From Octopus vulgaris (Eukaryota), in contig OX597835.1 of assembly GCA_951406725.2 (NCBI GenBank), forward strand, positions 42,098,001 through 42,162,000: a DNA stretch of 64,000 nt, read 5' to 3'. Below are positions 1 through 11,531 of the stretch, piece by piece. The translations under genes and the position numbers were made by a program. Each line of letters opens with the position of its first letter. The first letter of the stretch is position 1. The notes below the pieces were generated by a model. It saw only the letters and a program-made list of their open reading frames with translations, did not search any database and was not told the origin of the DNA.

Positions 1-1071
1 TTTAAATGGCTGCCGTATGAATAAAGCAAGGATATAAATTATGTGTACGTTTTGGATGTTATCTGCTTGTTTTTTCTTGATGTATTTTTAATGAAATAAT
101 CGGATTTATGTACTTAAGAATAGACTGTAATATAAATTATAGATTACATAAAATATAGAAATAATTCCTCTTTTGAATGCCATAAACAGATGCAGTGAAA
201 ACAGAAAGCAGAGCTTCTGTGTAATTACAGAAGTTTAAGCGGCTGTAAGAAAAGTGTGTGTGCGTGTATATATTTATATGGGGGGAGTGGCTGTCACCGT
301 TCGATGTGGGTGTTGCGAGTATATATATGGCTTAGTCCATAAGATTACAAGCAGCTACAACAGCTGACGTAGCTGGAGTTAAGTTGTACACCTTCGTTTG
401 CACAGACGAACGAAATATGACGACATTGTTTGGCAGTTTTGTTGTTGTTGTTGTTGTTAAAAACTAGATTATGTCTAACGGCTATGATCAGATTTGAGGT
501 TTTAACTTGTTTTCAGTTTCTCTGTCACTGACCGTATTAATAAGAACGTAGCAAGTAGTGATGATAAATTTATTAAGCGCTCGCAGCCCTCAGCCAGTCG
601 GACGCTGCGATAGGTGGAAAAGTCCACTTTATTAGCGTTTTATTGAGGATTAGTGGAAAGAAAGTGCGACAACGTTCTCGGGGAGACCTTGGGCGTCGAA
701 AACGATCAGGCTAGCCGCTCTCTTCCGGAGAACTATCGGCCCCAAGTAGCAAACTTGCAGAATCAGTAGAGTGTTGGAGAAAATACTTTGTGGTATTTGT
801 TCCGGCTCTTTACGTTCTGAGTTCAAATCCCACCCTGGGCCTACTTTGTCTTTCATCCTTCTGGAATCGGTATGTGGTTAAGAAGTTCGCCTTTTTAACT
901 TCATAGTTTCCGGTTCTATCCCACTACACAGCACTCTGTTCCAATCAATTCGGCTCATCCTTTGGTGGTGTACTGATTTCAAAATTCAAGAAGGTTATGG
1001 GGATATTTTTATTTTGGGTGGTGGGGGAAAGCCATAGAGATATTCACGATTCATCCGTTATTTTGGCTCTC

Positions 1072-1378
1072 TAGGGTTAGGGGTGGGGGAAGGGTATCTT
1101 TTTTCTTCACAAATGTAAATAAACCCAATCTGTTTCTTAAACGAGGGACATTCATACGGCACAGAAAGTTTTTTTTTACCTCAATGGACGTCATTGATTG
1201 GTTGAAATTGCAGAAATTGAAGAAAAAATAACAAATATCTTACAAACTATAGAATTTTCTCAATAAAGCCAAGAGAAAAAGATGTTTTATAAACACATTC
1301 TACCAGTATACGAAGTTTAAAAGTGTTTAGTTACGTGGAAATTATTTTAAAAAACTGCCGTTCAAACCGAAAAGATCC
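1072..1378 (+). mobile_element. 5'-truncated copy of Merlin-like MITE family 1
   Basis: Closely matches the right two-thirds of 1741-2159 and ends in TIR ...CTGCCGTTCAAACCGAAAAGATCC. Confidence 0.8.
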
Positions 1379-1740
1379 TTCGCTCAGTGCTATTCAAATC
1401 GAAGCTGATATACCTCGGTATATCACATCTTCAATATGATTTATTTTAGTGAAAGAATTGTGTTGCAACAAACAGACGACTGTCCTAACAAATTCACACG
1501 AAACTACTCTCAAACGAAAAGTTGATCTCTGAAAATGGCTGACGTATGAACATATTTCGTAGACTTTCTCAATTTTAACGGAGGACGAAGAACGTTCATC
1601 CTAGAGATACATGGCATGCAATTAAGAGATTACCACATTCCATCCATCTCGACGCAGAGTGGGGATTGCTGGTCAATGCCACCGCGCAGAACAGGCCATA
1701 TCAAATATTTTGGAGACTTTGTCCTGTTAATAGAGGCCCT

Positions 1741-2159
1741 GGATCTTTTCGGTTTGAACGGCAGTTTTTTTCTAACAGTGTCATATGAAATTGTCACCCA
1801 TAATTATGACCCTAGTATCGATCTATTGCATTTCAATTTGTCTTAGGGTTAGGGTTAAGAGTGGGGGGGGGAAGGGAATCTTTTTTTCTTCAGAAATGTA
1901 AATAAATCCAATCTATTTCTTAAACGAGGGACATATTCATACGGCACAGAATGTTTTCACCTCAATAGACGTCATTGATTGGTTGAAATTGCAGAAATTG
2001 AAGAAAAAACAACAAATATCTTACAAACTATAGAATTTTTTCAATAAAGCCAAGAGAAAAAGATGTTTTATAAACACATTCTACCAGTATACGAAGTTTA
2101 AAATCTTTTAGTTATGTGGAAATTATTTTAAAAAACTGCCGGTCAAACCGAAAAGATCC
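1741..2159 (+). mobile_element. Merlin-like MITE family 1, full length
   Basis: ~29-bp TIR GGATCTTTTCGGTTTGAACGGCAGTTTTT; perfect 8-bp TSD GAGGCCCT; internal TTAGGG repeats. Superfamily inferred from GG-starting TIR and 8-bp TSD. Confidence 0.85.
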
Positions 2160-2812
2160 GAGGCCCTAAATCACTTAGTTACATTAATGTTATTTGATGT
2201 TATTGACCGAGAGACATAAATGAAAAGACAATGGTGGGGAAAGATTTTTGGTTTGGAACGGTGAATCACATTTCGGTTGCTGCCTCTTGAAGAATGGAGA
2301 AGGAAACAAGGAGAAAAAGGAGGAAGAAAAGAGAAGAAAAGAAACGAAAAAGAGGAGGAAAAGAGAAGTAAGGAGGAAGATAAAAGAAAAGGAAAAGAAA
2401 GATGAGGAGAAAAAAAAGTTCAGGAAAAAAGGAAGAAGAGAAAAAAAAAGAAAAGGAAAAGATGACGGAGAAAAATTGCTTGTGTTTCATTTTTTCCTAT
2501 CTTTACATGGTCTTCTGTGTTAGATTGTAAATATTGTGGACGTGTCATATGTAACTCCTACGTAGTATTTTGCCTACTCTGTCTGTGTGTGTGTGTGGTA
2601 TGTCATGGTTGGTTGTTTTTGATGTTTTCTGGTGTTTATGGCGAGAACAGAAACAATGGGGCCCGGTATGCGCTACTTTTAGGTTGAGTTACAGTGTATG
2701 TGTGTATGTGAGTGTATCCATCTATCTGTCTATATGTACATATATACCCAACTACCTATCTACATGTAGACAAATAATTATCCGTCTGTCTGTGTCTATG
2801 AACGTGTCTGTC

Positions 2813-2858
<46 letters not shown>

Positions 2859-3349
2859 TACATACATACATACATACATACATACATACATACATACATG
2901 AATCACACACATACATGCCCATGCCACACGCACATATATACATACATAAATATATTTATAGATAGTTTACATACACATAAATAGATAGACGTGTACACAC
3001 ACACACACATATACATACATGCGGGCGCGCATACACACACACACACACACGGAAGCCGGGCCGATTGTCTAATGTGGTTGATGTAAGATTGCAGTAAATG
3101 TCAGGTTATGTAATTACAAAGTAAGTTATGAGGGGAACAGGTTTACTTGGTGAGGGTTTCTTTATTTTTTGTTAGTTTTTAAGATTTTCTTTGCCCGTTT
3201 TTCTCTTCACCAGACAATTGCAAACAGGAAAAGAAACAACACATTGTAAATAAATAGATAAATAAACCAAAAGATTCAAGGAAATATTTGAACGCAATTA
3301 TAACCCGTAATTATCCAAATTCTGTTTTTATATATATATATATATATAT

Positions 3350-3725
3350 TACAAAATTAGAGAATGGAGAAACATACTTAAATCAATAAAACATCAACTA
3401 TCCGATGATACTCAATCCATACTTTAATACACCATTACATAGGAGTAAAGGCAATATATGTAATGGTGTATTAAAGTATGGATTGAGTATCATCGGATAG
3501 TTGATGTTTTATTGATTTAAGTATGTTTCTCCATTCTCTAATTTTGTAGTATTAATTTACGGTAATATTATTACCCTTACCCATTTAATACAATAGATGA
3601 ACTGATTGCTTGACAATTTCTAACATCTATGTATTAATTTTGTTGGGTACCTATCTAGCAGTATATTGGATATATATTATCCCATGGTGGGTTGAATTTT
3701 CAACCCCTATCTCATTTTATAACCT
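3350..3725. mobile_element. Fold-back element (probable Penelope-like terminus) inserted in (TA)n
   Basis: Perfect 92-bp inverted repeat (3350-3441 / 3457-3548) with a 15-nt loop; (TA)n on both sides. Confidence 0.6.
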
Positions 3726-3747
3726 ATATATATATATATATATATAG

Positions 3748-4119
3748 GAGTAGCTTGCTAACCAACCACATGGTTCCGGGTTCAATCCCACTGCGTGGCA
3801 TATTGGGCAAGTGTCTTCTGCTATAGCCCCGGGCCGACCAATGCCTTGTGAGTGGATTTGGTAGACGGAAACTGAAAGAAGCCTGTCGTATATGTATATA
3901 TATATGTATGTGTGTGTGTTTGTGTGTCTGTGTTTGTCCCCCTAGCATTGCTTGACAACCGATGCTGGTGTGTTTACGTCCCCGTCACTTAGCGGTTCGG
4001 CAAAAGAGACCGATAGAATAAGTACTGGGCTTCCAAAGAATAAGTTCCGGGGTCGATTTGCTCGACTAAAGGCGGTGCTCCAGCATGGCCGCAGTCAAAT
4101 GACTGAAACGAGTAAAAGA

Positions 4120-4120
<1 letters not shown>
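3748..4120 (+). mobile_element. tRNA-derived CORE-type SINE (family C)
   Basis: B-box-like GGTTCAATCCC, CORE-like TTGGGCAAGTGTCTT, tail GGCGGTGCTCCAGCATGGCCGCAGTC; many other copies in the window. Confidence 0.85.
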
Positions 4121-4161
<41 letters not shown>

Positions 4162-4171
4162 CGGTGCTTAC

Positions 4172-4214
4172 CATACGTTGATAAGAGGCAATAACCTCGA
4201 AACCGGTCCGTATG
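4172..4214 (+). ncRNA. Type I hammerhead ribozyme, U3-A8 core variant
   Basis: CATACG-TTGATAA-GAGG(CAATAA)CCTC-GAAA-CCG-GTC-CGTATG: 6-bp stem I, 4-bp stem II, palindromic stem III, GUC triplet. Confidence 0.75.
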
Positions 4215-4794
4215 TAGTATCCGTATCTTCGGGGAGGCTGATCTCCCTTTGCAGGCTGGCAAGGACACCGAGATGGTTTCAGCCCTTCTGGTGACGTCGA
4301 TGATCGCCTGGGGCTAAATGCATCAGTAACACCCCCACCACCCCGCCCTGACCCTAGCCACATTCAGATGGCTGATCCCCCTTATGTTATATATATATTG
4401 TTTACCTTAAAGCTAGATGCTGGTTATATAGTGACAATTGTAGAATACATACAAACACATTTGTATACACATATATACATACACGTACATATACATACAT
4501 GCATAATACATACTGATTTGTATATACTTATATGTATATTTTCATACATGCATAGTATATTGTGTGTGTGAGAGAGAGAGATTGTGTAAAGGCACGTGGC
4601 CTAGTGGTTAGGGGCGTTGCACTCGCGATCGTGAGGTCGTGGTTTCGTTTCTCAGACTGGATGTACGTTGTGTTCTTGAGCAAAACATTTTATTTCACGT
4701 TACTCCAGTCCACTCGGCTATAAATGGGTAACCCTGCGATAGAATAGCCTTTCGATCAGGGGGAATGATGGCCTGCTCGCCTAATACCATACAT

Positions 4795-5088
4795 GCATGC
4801 ATGGCTGATGGACTCCCTCGTCGTATTCGACGAATGCGTGCCACAGAAATTTACTGACTTTTTTAAAACTCTGTTTTCGAGTTTGTGTCGTCTGCGAGAC
4901 ACCAGACGTGCTTTGTTTTTGCAAACCAGACCGCATCCTTCACGCACAAAACATTGAAAGGAAACCCCATTCTTTTGACCTTGCTTTAGCTCACCTGGGT
5001 GCTCAATCCTTCTGTTGATATGGCACCTGGTGCCATTTCGACAGAAATCCACCAATTACGGTCAACAGCACATTCCTCAAATTGTGAT
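4795..5088 (-). mobile_element. RTE-clade LINE 3' fragment
   Basis: Degenerate EECAVDR.W...C..CGLVCKNKARLVS.RRH, resembling the RTE C-terminal zinc finger; RTE-like 3' stem CGTCGAATACGACG. Confidence 0.6.
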
Positions 5089-5092
5089 GCTT

Positions 5093-5143
<51 letters not shown>

Positions 5144-6287
5144 CATGCATGTATATTTATGTTCACAAAATGAAAATTAGCTAAGGTACAGAAAAAAACC
5201 CCGACATATATATGATATATACACATATATTTATAATATACTTGGATCTTCATCTTTTTGATGATGTTTTCTTCCTCCATCCTTCTCTAATTTCCTTGTT
5301 CTCCCCATCCTCCTTCACCGGTTTCTATCTGTCTCTCTCTCTCTCTCTCTTTCTCTCCCTCTCTCTCTCTTGTTCACACGTGACCATCGTTCACCTTTCT
5401 TTTCCTCTGCACGGACGCTTAAAAAACGAACTTGTTTTTCTCTCTTCTATCCTTTCTCTTTAAAAAAAAAAAACTATTTCATATCGAGGTTACTAACGGG
5501 TCTTTTACGAAACATTTACCGTATTTTCAAAGTCATTTTCACTTTAAAATATTTGGCCTATCACCCCAAACCCCGAATATCTCAGTAACTACTGGTCCGA
5601 TTTACGTGAAACTTGACTTATTCCGTTCGTATTCACATTTCAGGGGCACTTTACTTTCAAAGTATTTTCCCACTATGCGCCAGTTTGACTGTATAACATT
5701 GCAATCATGCAAGATTGAACTTCACTTTTAATAGCATATAGATGTATATGGATCATTCTACACACACACACACACACACACCATATATATCTGCCTCTCC
5801 ACACCCACATCTGTACATGTTATGTCTACGTCTGTCTCTAACCCCTAATAACCACAACCTCACTCTTGTCATGTGGCAAGGGAACGAATGGGGTGAACTA
5901 GTTATAAGATTTTTAAGATTTTATGTTGGCAACATATGATCGAATTTTGTGTAATGTTTACATTTAAACAATTTTAAGTGAGTCACCAACGACATGCAAC
6001 GTTTGGAGTTTCATATCGATTAACCCCGTTTTGACAGCTAGTTTAATATTTAGCTTATCCACACACACACACACACGCAACTGTACCAGTTGTTAGTGAA
6101 ACGTGTTTTAAAAAAATCTAATATAGGTTATTGATTCTAGAGTTGGATATTTTTCTTTTACACACAAATCATGTCACTGTGACTTTAATTAGTAAATTAT
6201 GGCGGTGAGTTAGCAAAGTAATGAGAGCGTCGGACATGTAAGGGAAAAAAACACTGAAGTCTGTCGAGATTTTGATAAACAACAATT

Positions 6288-6707
6288 GGATCTTTTCGGT
6301 TTGAACGGCAGTTTTTAACATAATTTCCACATAACTAAACACTTTTAAACTTTGTATACTGGTAGAATGTGTTTATAAAACATCTTTTTCTCTTAACTTT
6401 ATTGAGAAAATTCTATAGTTAATAAGATATTTGTTGTATTTTTTCTTCAATTTCTGCAATTTCAACCAATCAATGATGTCTATTGAGGTAAAAAACATTC
6501 TGTGCCGTATGAATATGTCCCTCATTTAAGAAACAGATTGGGTTTATTTACATTTCTGAAGAAAAAAAAGATACCCTTCACCCCACCCCTAACCCTAACC
6601 CTAAAACAGACTGAAATGCAATAGATCGATACTAGGGTCATAATTATGGGTGACAATTTCATATGACACCGCTAGAAAAAAAACTGCCGTTCAAACCGAA
6701 AAGATCC
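6288..6707 (-). mobile_element. Merlin-like MITE family 1, inverted orientation
   Basis: Same TIRs; internal CCCTAA repeats; degenerate 8-bp TSD caacaatt/ccaaaatt. Confidence 0.85.
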
Positions 6708-7107
6708 CCAAAATTTATTCTTTTCGTACAAAAGAAGTGATAGTTGTCGTTACTTACAAACGACGAAACGTCGAGAGAGATTTTGTTCTTGGTTTAGTTG
6801 TAGTAGCAGATAGAGTGTGGTTAGTTATTTGCTGGTTACTGACTTCTAATGTCGTTCGTCCTCCGACTTTGTGTTGTCGGCTGCTGTCAATGCTTTCTCT
6901 GTTGCATCTCAAAGCTCTCCCTTTAGTGTTCACGACACACTGAATTTATGCTGTTCGATAGGCTCAGACGGAAGCGCACCTAAAGAAAAAAAAATTTCAT
7001 TGCTGGAGCTTGTTCGTCGCGATTGGTCAGATTTTGTTGATCACGTGGGGAATATTCTAGTGAATCGTGATGTCGGGTGACTGCTGAATATTCCTGCTAC
7101 AGAAGCA

Positions 7108-7302
7108 ATCCTTTCTACTATAGGCACAAGGCCTGAAATTTGGTGGAAGGAAATAGTCGATTACATCGACCCCAGTAACTGGTACATAAATTATCGACCA
7201 TGAAAGGCAAAGTCGACTTCGGCAGAATTTGAACTCAGAACGTAGCGACGGGCGAAATACTGCTAAGCATTTCGTCCTAACGATTTTACCAAGCTCACCG
7301 TC
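7108..7302 (-). mobile_element. tRNA-derived SINE family A (Meta-like central domain)
   Basis: Reverse complement of the family A consensus (..GTTCTGAGTTCAAATTC..GTCGACTTTGCCTTTCAT..); TSD-like TTCCTGCTACAGA on both sides. Confidence 0.8.
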
Positions 7303-7545
7303 TTCCTGCTACAGACGTAATGCGTTTGTAGGATTTGTTTTTGCATCCAGACGAAGTCAACTTTGCCTTTCGGCATAAGAAGCTGTTCTGTTGCAAGCGT
7401 TCGAACCAAGTCTCCGGTTTTGAGGATTTATTCTTCCCTCCAGCCAGTTGCAGAGACCTTTAAAAAGCCGTGGACAAAACCCTCCGTCCTGGACTAATTG
7501 ATAAAAAAGAAATGGAGTTTTACTGTCAATATACAAATGGATGAA

Positions 7546-7760
7546 GGCGGCGAGTTGGCAGAAACGTTAGCGTGTCGGACAAAATGCTAGCGGCATTTCT
7601 TCTGAGTTTACGCTTTCAGTTCAAATGTCGCCGGGATCGATTTTACCGTTCACCTTTTCGGAGTGGACAAAAAAAGGTACCAGTTGAACACTGGGATCGA
7701 TCTAATCGACTTTTTTCCCTTCCTCGAAACTGCTGACCTCGTGCCAAAATTTGAAACCAA
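7546..7760 (+). mobile_element. SINE family A
   Basis: Head GGCGGCGAGTTGGCAGAAACGTTAGC, GTTCAAAT B box, GTACCAG..CTGGGATCGAT. Confidence 0.8.
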
Positions 7761-7989
7761 TATGCTGTTGAATGGAATCAGTGGATTGGCAGATTCGGTA
7801 GAACATGACCATGTTCTTGTTTTAACCTTTTATATGTGTGTTTGTGTATTTTCGTGTGAGCCACAGTTCATTTGGGAGAATAAAGTTCCTAAACCTATAA
7901 TAATATTAATCATCTTTTCTAGACTTTCACAGCCTTATCATCAGTGATAACATTTTACATCCTGAAAATGGGTCTGTGATAGACTAAAT

Positions 7990-8190
7990 CAGTGCTTTTC
8001 AAACTTTTTGCTGAAGCGGAACCCCAAGGAAACATTCCACTGGCTTGAGGAACCCCTGTGCAATAATTTAATTGTCTTATGCACACATATCTACACAGGA
8101 GAATTAAAAATTACTGTCGATTTTAGCATTTTTGTAACTTCTTGCGGAACCCCTGGACTGTACTGGCGGAACCCTGGTTGAAAACCACTG
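7990..8190. mobile_element. hAT-type MITE
   Basis: TIR CAGTGCTTTTCAA / TTGAAAACCACTG; 8-bp TSD gactaaat/gtctaaat. Confidence 0.8.
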
Positions 8191-9242
8191 GTCTAAATAC
8201 TTTGACGATTGCAATAGATTTGACTGTCTAGTTTTTCAAGCCAACTGTAGTATACTCATGAAAATATGAAAAGCTCTAACAGAAAAAAAAATTGTTTTTG
8301 GTATTCAATTACGGCCTTTTTAAGTATTGAGCTCAAATCTCGCCGTGATCCACTTTGCCTGTCATTCTGTTTTTTTTTATGTGTGTGTGTGGGGTCGATA
8401 AAATGAAGTACCAGTCATGTGCTGGGGTCAATGTAGTCGACTAAACTCATTCTCTTATTTCGAGGTCATGTGCATGTTTTCGAAATTGATATACTGCCAG
8501 AAGATTCTGTTGAGCCCTTAATTAATCCTGATCCGCTAGACTCTTCAGCTAAAGTGTTCCAATTATAACCATCCCGCTGATTTGGGCATTTGTGGAACGT
8601 ATAGTCTCTAGTATGCCCTGTCCTTATGTAAGACAGTAGGGTATGGTTTAAGGGAGATTTAGCTGTTATTTCTAGCAGTGAGAACGACCGCTAGAGGCTC
8701 TCTGGTTAGATTGTTGTTGTTGTCTGTGTTGATGTTTAGCTATAGGTCCGCCCTGGTCCAGCTGACATATAGTCAAAGGATTTCCAGCTGTGACCATCCC
8801 GTCTTTTTTCCCCTAGATATAATTGTATTTAGAATTAACAATGGCAATGTGTGATTTGAGGGAGATTTAACTAGTGTTTCTGGCAGACCAAAAAACTTCG
8901 ATGAGGCTCCCTGCTTTGGTTATTTCGAGAAGGCGGAGCACTGACATTGACGGCCTCCTTTTTGGCGCATCAGAAAATCACAGAGGCATAGCATGGGCAA
9001 GACCACAGGGACACTTGCCCCTACGTATAAAATTCTCAAGAGCGCAAAATTTCAAAAGAGAAAAAAACATTCTATTTATCTTTGTCACTGGACTGTGGCC
9101 ATGCTGGGACACTGCCTTGAAGCGTTTGGTCGAACAAATGAATCCCAGTAGTTATTTTTTAAAAGTTTTGTGCTTATTCTATTGGGCCTTTTTGCCGAAC
9201 CGTTTAGTTATGGGGACATAAACAAACCAACAAAAAAATAAA

Positions 9243-9509
9243 CGATTAGCTTATGAACTTCATTAGCCTACAGTTGTTTCTGCTCTAAGATGCAGTGAAC
9301 GCATAACTGAGTGCCTGAATAACACCTTATTGCTTCATCGAAGCCTCGAATGTGAAGTGCAATTGATTTTGGAGAAAAAACAAACAACAACAGATAAATT
9401 ACATTTCGTATTCGAGGCTCCGATGAAGCTATAAGGTGTTACTCAGGCATTCAATTATATATCTTATAGCAGAAACAGCTGTGAGCCAATGACGTTCATA
9501 AGATAATCG
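9243..9509. mobile_element. Imperfect fold-back element with degenerate hammerhead motifs in both arms
   Basis: Arms ~9243-9365 and ~9397-9509; + arm reads GGCT-CCGATGA-A-GCTATAAG...CTTATAGC-A-GAAA-CAGCTG-TG-AGCC (9416-9487). Confidence 0.65.
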
Positions 9510-9557
9510 CTTATTGCTTTATCATCTCGTTTTCTCTCTCACTCTCTCATTCACTCA

Positions 9558-9594
<37 letters not shown>

Positions 9595-10859
9595 ACACAA
9601 ACACACACACACACACACACATGTATGTATGTATGTATGTATGTATGTATGTATGTATGTATGTATGTATGCATTCTAAGTCCCAAAGGAGAGTCTATCA
9701 GCTGAGTAAACAGAGCGGAGAGAGTGGGTATATTGTGTTGGCGGTGGTCGTAGTATCAGTAGATTAAACAGAGGGGGAGGGTACAGTGTGTCGATGTACC
9801 AGGCCGCCATTACACCAATTGTATCCCTTGTCTATGGAAATCGCTATTCAAATTACATATTTGTTATTTAAGTGAAAGTCCTTATGAATACAATTTCTGT
9901 GTTTTATGAGATCGATAAAACAGAATGAAACGATGTAATATATATTATTTTCCTTGTGCAAGATCGATGGAAACAAGCCCGTTATACACTGCACATATAT
10001 TTATATTATTAGTTGTTTTCATTTACTATATCCAAACAGCTGAACTCCTGGAACTGTTCCATTTGTAAAATTGATTTGTTAAAAGACTGCTTGTAGTAAC
10101 GCAATTAACGATGTCTTGTTAAGCTATTATTGTAGGCAAGTCGTCTTTGATCTCTCTGATCTCTTCTCAGCTGGTTTTATTAATTCAAGGTCAGTACAAC
10201 ATAGTACAATATAAACACAATAGTAAATTGTGTTTTGTAGTAAAAGTACAAGCTCGTAGAGCTGGGACGAGGGCGAGCAAGTTCTTAAAAGAGGGCGGAT
10301 ATGGATTGTGTGAGCCGAAGGTTTGGCTGGTGGAAATGGGGGGCGGGTCGGGAGAGAAATATACAAAATCTATAGTATCGTTTTGTATAAATACTATATG
10401 AAAATCTTTTTTTTCTCCTCTTTTCTGCGTTTTTTTCTCGTTCTTGTTATTATCCATTTGTAAAACACAACGTTGCTATTGTGACCTTTTTAAGTCATTG
10501 CTGGTTTGTGATGATGGGTGGTGGGAGCGATGATGATGATGATGATGACGACGATTAGTACAGCGAAAGGAGTATGGAAAATATATTAGGCAAGCCTTTG
10601 GGGTTTGAAATCATAAAAACTAAATACAGTACCCTGCCCCCAATGAAAAACAAATTGTGTTAAACGCTCAATGGTGTCTTTATGGTGATCCTTCATTACA
10701 TGGGTGGCATGTGTGAGGGCCCTAAAAGTGCCCAAGACACGAACATATATCGTAACGACATCTCTAAGATTCCAAGATGATTTGAGGGCGTCTCGTAGCA
10801 TGGAGTCTTATCGGATTATCTGAGTAGAGTTACAGGTAAATAATGATATAATTTTAAAC

Positions 10860-11531
10860 CAGTGGTTCCTAAACTTTTTTAGGTACCCCCGGGTCACGTT
10901 TCCGAGTGTCTACCCCTCCCAACTCACCACCACAAAGCATAAACCACTTTCTGTATCAGATTCAAAACAACTCTATATCTTTATATATAAAAGTGAGGTT
11001 GTGTGCTGTCTGTCTCCTACGATTTAGATTCCTAACTACTCCCACATTTTGCGGTGCAGTGTAACCAAAAGCGGGTATCTTATAGTCGTGATTCATATCG
11101 AGCCCTTCTGGGTATTAGCGCGCGTCTACGATGAGTCAACGATTTAAAAAAAAATTTTCCATCATTTTCCCCCATTTTTAATGCATTTTTTGCTATTATA
11201 TAAGGGAAGTAACTCTCTAAAAATGTATTATTAAATCTCAGAACGTAAAAAGCTACAGTAACAACCCCCCTTTGAGGTTAGCCATATTGATACTTTACAT
11301 CTCTAAAAATGCTTATGTAGTTATTTCCCTTACAAAACCGAGCAACGCCGGGCGATACTGCTAGTCACATATAAGACCGAATCTAATTAACCCATTATTT
11401 ATTTTTTGAGGAGGTTGGTGGGCGGGGGAAGGGGATTACATGCATCGCGCCACTTTTCTTCAACGTCCCTCTGAATGCTTCCACCGCTCTCAGGTGGGTG
11501 GGGGCAGTGCCGTCCACCTTGGGAAACACTG
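10860..11531. mobile_element. hAT-type MITE containing a nested Helitron
   Basis: CAGTGGTTCCTAA ... TTGGGAAACACTG termini; degenerate 8-bp TSD. Confidence 0.6.
10978..11364 (+). mobile_element. Non-autonomous Helitron
   Basis: A|TCTTTATATATAAAAG ... subterminal hairpin CCGAGCAACGCCGGG ... CTAG|T; no TSD; further copies at 28693 and 37612. Confidence 0.85.

Noticed and set aside
1843-1872. Telomere or chromosome-fusion relic
   Set aside because: The short TTAGGG arrays are internal to dispersed MITE copies
10573-10835. First coding exon ending at CAG|GTAAAT
   Set aside because: All three frames have stops within ~40 nt of the donor; it could be UTR but is not supportable as CDS
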